Below are positions 60,641-64,000 of a stretch of DNA of 64,000 nt, one piece after another. Location: NCBI GenBank assembly GCA_963920595.1, contig OY986949.1:1922001-1986000 (forward strand), in the 5' to 3' direction. A program made the translations under genes and the position numbers. Source of the stretch: Eimeria praecox. Its lineage: Eukaryota. How positions within the stretch are numbered: the first letter of the stretch is position 1; the number at the start of each line of letters is the position of its first letter. The notes under the pieces are model-generated. The model searched no databases, was not told the DNA's origin, and was given only the letters and a program-made list of their open reading frames with translations.

Positions 60641-62374
60641 AGCTATACGGACGGGAAGATCTATGACTGCGGTCTCATGGCCACTCCTGCCGGCCCTACA
60701 GTGTGGGGAGACTGAAGCGCTTGGGCCCGTAAGCATGTCGCACGCAACCCCGGCTGCCCAAAATGGAGACTATAGCTCTAGCAGCCCTACGGGTCAGAAA
60801 AGTACCCTCTAAACTTTAAGGGGCAGAATCCGACCCATACTTCGGTTGAGCGCGTGCTGCTCCAATGATGCGGGGGGCCTCACGGAAGTAATGCGTCACC
60901 TCCTCCAAGTTGCGTGATTCCAGGAGGCATCCAAGTGGAAGAAAATCCATGCAAGATGCTTCTAGAGAAGCGCGCCAATAATAGGTAAAAGAAAATGTTG
61001 AATGGATCCAAACAAACAGAGAGAGCGGGGCGCCACTGTGCTCGAAAAGAAGCAGGCACCAATGCCGCCTTGGATGAACGCCGTCCCTGTGTTATTGTAC
61101 TGCAACTCTGGTCGTTATTCACCTCATAAGGACAAACATAAGGAGATAAGAACAAAACGCTCATCAATCAATGCCGAATAACCTGGCTGCCTGCGTGGTC
61201 CCCAGCCCCTACTGCGAGCGAGGATGCGAGACCAAAAACCTATGCCTGCTACGGTACTGCCGGATGCCAGGCTCACCCTGAAACGCCTCCTAGGCTTGAT
61301 CTAGTTTATCGTTTATTCAATTAGAACTATTGTACTGTTTGCAGTGGACATATGGGCATAATCGAGATGATACAAGATTTGGAGATTAACTTGATCGCGT
61401 ACCACGCTACTTTGCCTGTGCCTGATTTAGTACAACGCCTACAACTTCAACTATATGTGCCCAACTTGAATGTTTTGCAGCTAAACACTCTTGGTCTGTT
61501 CGTAACAGCCTGTGGAAATGCCCGATTTTTGTTTCCGTGCATATATGCCAGCCTCCGTTTAAGCTGCGACCGTGTAGCACGGTCTCTTTGAATGTACATG
61601 CCATGAGTGGTGTCCCTACTCGTATGCCTACTTGCTTCGATGCTCACTATGGAGGATCAAGCAAGTGTTTAATGGTAGTATGCACTGCAGGCTGCAATGC
61701 TAGCGCATGCAGCGAGGTGTAGCAAGCTGTGCGTGGTGCTGGTACTCGTGCCTACTTGCCAGCAGGCTGAGTACGCAGAACCAAGCAGATACACCAGGGG
61801 ACCAAGTAAATGTTTAAAGACAGTGTATACTACTACAGTGCTAGCGCATTCAGCAAAGGGGCAATGGCTGTGCCAGCATCATAACGAGAGTCCTGGATCT
61901 TAGCTGAGGACCATCATGAGCTGCAAAAGTCAAGCGCTTCACCAAGGAATAAAAAGGGCAGCTGACCTCAAATTGAACCCTCAGGAATCCTCAGGACAGC
62001 TGCCTCACTGCCTGGAACTGATGGAAACAAATACTGTTATGCGCTACAACGCACCTTGCTGCAGCTAGTGTTGCAGGACAGCCCGGCGTGCACGCTGGCT
62101 GTGCGTGCAGGCACAGCCAATTCTGAATGCGTCAGTACTGTAAAATGGAGTTGAAACACTTGCTTGATCCTCCATGGTGAGCCTGCGAGCAAATAGGGGT
62201 AAAGGAACTAGCATCGCACGCATTATGTTGCATCGGCCCCTTCCTCCTGCATGGGAGGTCCTCGTATGCTGATAGCCCATAACATGGAAGCTTCATAGAA
62301 AGAAGCTTCCTGCTGCACTTGTTTGTGCGGTATGGGATGTTGGCGGGACCTCCTGGAAGCCTTCAGAGTTGATT

Positions 62375-64000
62375 ACCTTTCCGATGAGTGTCTGTATCCA
62401 GGCAGTAGCCGCCGCCTGTTTCGCGAAGTTGTAGAAGGCAGCATATTGCCCTTTCTCGTCTATTATACCCAGCTGACCTGCCGTGTCTCCAAACAGCTAT
62501 AGAGTGGGTCGCCCCAGCAGCGAGCTAGTTCTTCACAGAGGCGTTTGTACACCGATACACTCCGGCATTCTCTCTATCTCACGGTGTTGCAAAACGAACT
62601 GTCTTGGCGCCTATCAATATTCCATTGGCCTTTTTCGGTTGTGTTGTTTTCAGACCTCACGGTTTCGTAGTGGTCAGTCCCATTGCCCTTGCATATAAGG
62701 TGGCCTTATATAACCCCACAGTACAGGTCAGCGCATTCCCTCAGAAAAAGTACCGTCCAGTGCTTTGTTTTCGGTATTCAGGTTCATGCTCTTTACGCAG
62801 ATGCTGCCTCTGCCGCTTTTACTTAGTTGCTGGTGCCTCGCTAGATCCACCGCATCGTACAGGGCAACCTCCGAATCTGCGTGCAGCTGAAGTCTTGAAG
62901 AGGCCCCGCTGCACCAGGAAATGCGTCGGGTCAGGGCTTGCAGGAAGCACGTCTCCGTGAGCACCTACGGCTGCGAAGGCTGGTGGTAGCGTGCCCTTAA
63001 TCTTCGTCCAGGACCGTCATGAGCGGCAATAGAGTGGAAGTGTTAAAGAAAGAATTCACAAAAAGCAGCTAATCTCCCTTCCCCGCCCCTTTCCTAGTGT
63101 CCTTGACACAGCGGCGCCAGGGCTTGGAGTTAATGGGGATAGGGGTAGCCTTCCATGGGCTGCAGCACACCTTGCTGCAACTAGTACTGAGGACATCCCC
63201 ACTTGCATGCACAACTAATCACATTGCTGCATGCGCTAACATTGTAGACTGCAGTGCAGGCAATCCTTAAACACCTGCCTGGCCTTCCATAGTCAGCTTG
63301 CCACTGTGTAGAGATACAATCTCCAGCATCATACAGGCCATGCTAAACTGCTGCTGCACCTTTAGTTGCTCTTGCTGCAGTAGTTGCTGTTGCAACTGTG
63401 GGTGCGCCTCCTGCACAAACAGCTGTTGCTCCATTTCCGGTGACTGTGCTGACAGATTCTGCTGGGGGAGCATACAGCTCTGGTCTATGTACTGGGGATG
63501 CTGTCACTGCGGGATATTGCTGTCAGATATCCGCTGGGGAAAAATCAGTATAGACCCAAAGACAAAAAAAGGTTCCAAGCGCAAGAAATGCAGAGCCGAG
63601 ACAAAACACACAAAGGCCACGGAGCAAAACCACGCTTTAAAACCCCATTTGCCCCCACGGTCTTCTGTCGTCGCTATCTTGCCAGGTGCATGTGCAGCTG
63701 GGCGAGGAAGCGGCAGCAGCGTTGAGGCCCCGGACCTCCAAACTTAGCAGGCCGCACTGTAGAAATTAAGCCAGATGAACAGCTGCTGAATCAGCCTGTG
63801 CTGCTCCCGAGGAAGCTGCTGTTACTGATGGAAGCTAATATAATGCGCAGTGGCAGTATGGAAGCTACGCGGCGACAAGGGAGGTAGAAGTTACACGTAT
63901 AACTCAGCACTGGTTTGTGGCTACTCTTTCTGAGGCGATTGCCGTCGCTGCTGATATGGTGGTTGCTGCTGTTGATGTCGCATTCTCCCCTGCAGCCTAG
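62375..64000 (-). CDS. Exons of a Gln-rich hypothetical gene entering from beyond the window end
   Basis: Exon-like blocks at ~63275-63500 (EQQLFVQEAHPQLQQQLLQQEQLKVQQQFSMACMMLEIV, donor AG|GT) and ~62375-62460 (DEKGQYAAFYNFAKQAAATAWIQTLIGK|GTAATC). Boundaries are uncertain. Confidence 0.35.

Overview
Intron-rich eukaryotic DNA from a coccidian apicomplexan, most likely Eimeria. The evidence is abundant CAG/CTG repeats encoding homopolymeric amino-acid runs, internal AAACCCT/AGGGTTT telomere-like heptamers and TGCATGCA octamers. All gene models were spliced by eye; no database search was run. Recognisable genes: a carbonyl-reductase-type SDR, a mitochondrially targeted FPP/GGPP synthase, RPB7, a SWAP-family splicing regulator (DRY_EERY + SURP), an axonemal-type LRR protein, RPS15, calcyclin-binding protein, an ASCC2/Cue3-like CUE protein and KLHDC4. 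There is also the 3' end of a large, possibly TFIIIC-like gene and several hypothetical genes. A repeat-rich segment (~19.2-34.3 kb) is flanked by comparatively repeat-poor DNA. The most notable observations are: GC-AG introns at conserved motifs (one in the SDR, one or two in the SWAP regulator); a dispersed GGGGTGT-N4-ACACCCC palindrome family; a cryptic ribosome-quality-control subunit whose diagnostic exons are missing from the ORF track; a TRP-1-like element before RPS15; and a serially frameshifted secreted-protein locus. I found no convincing transposon, CRISPR array, rRNA or tRNA, and no clearly new multi-gene system.
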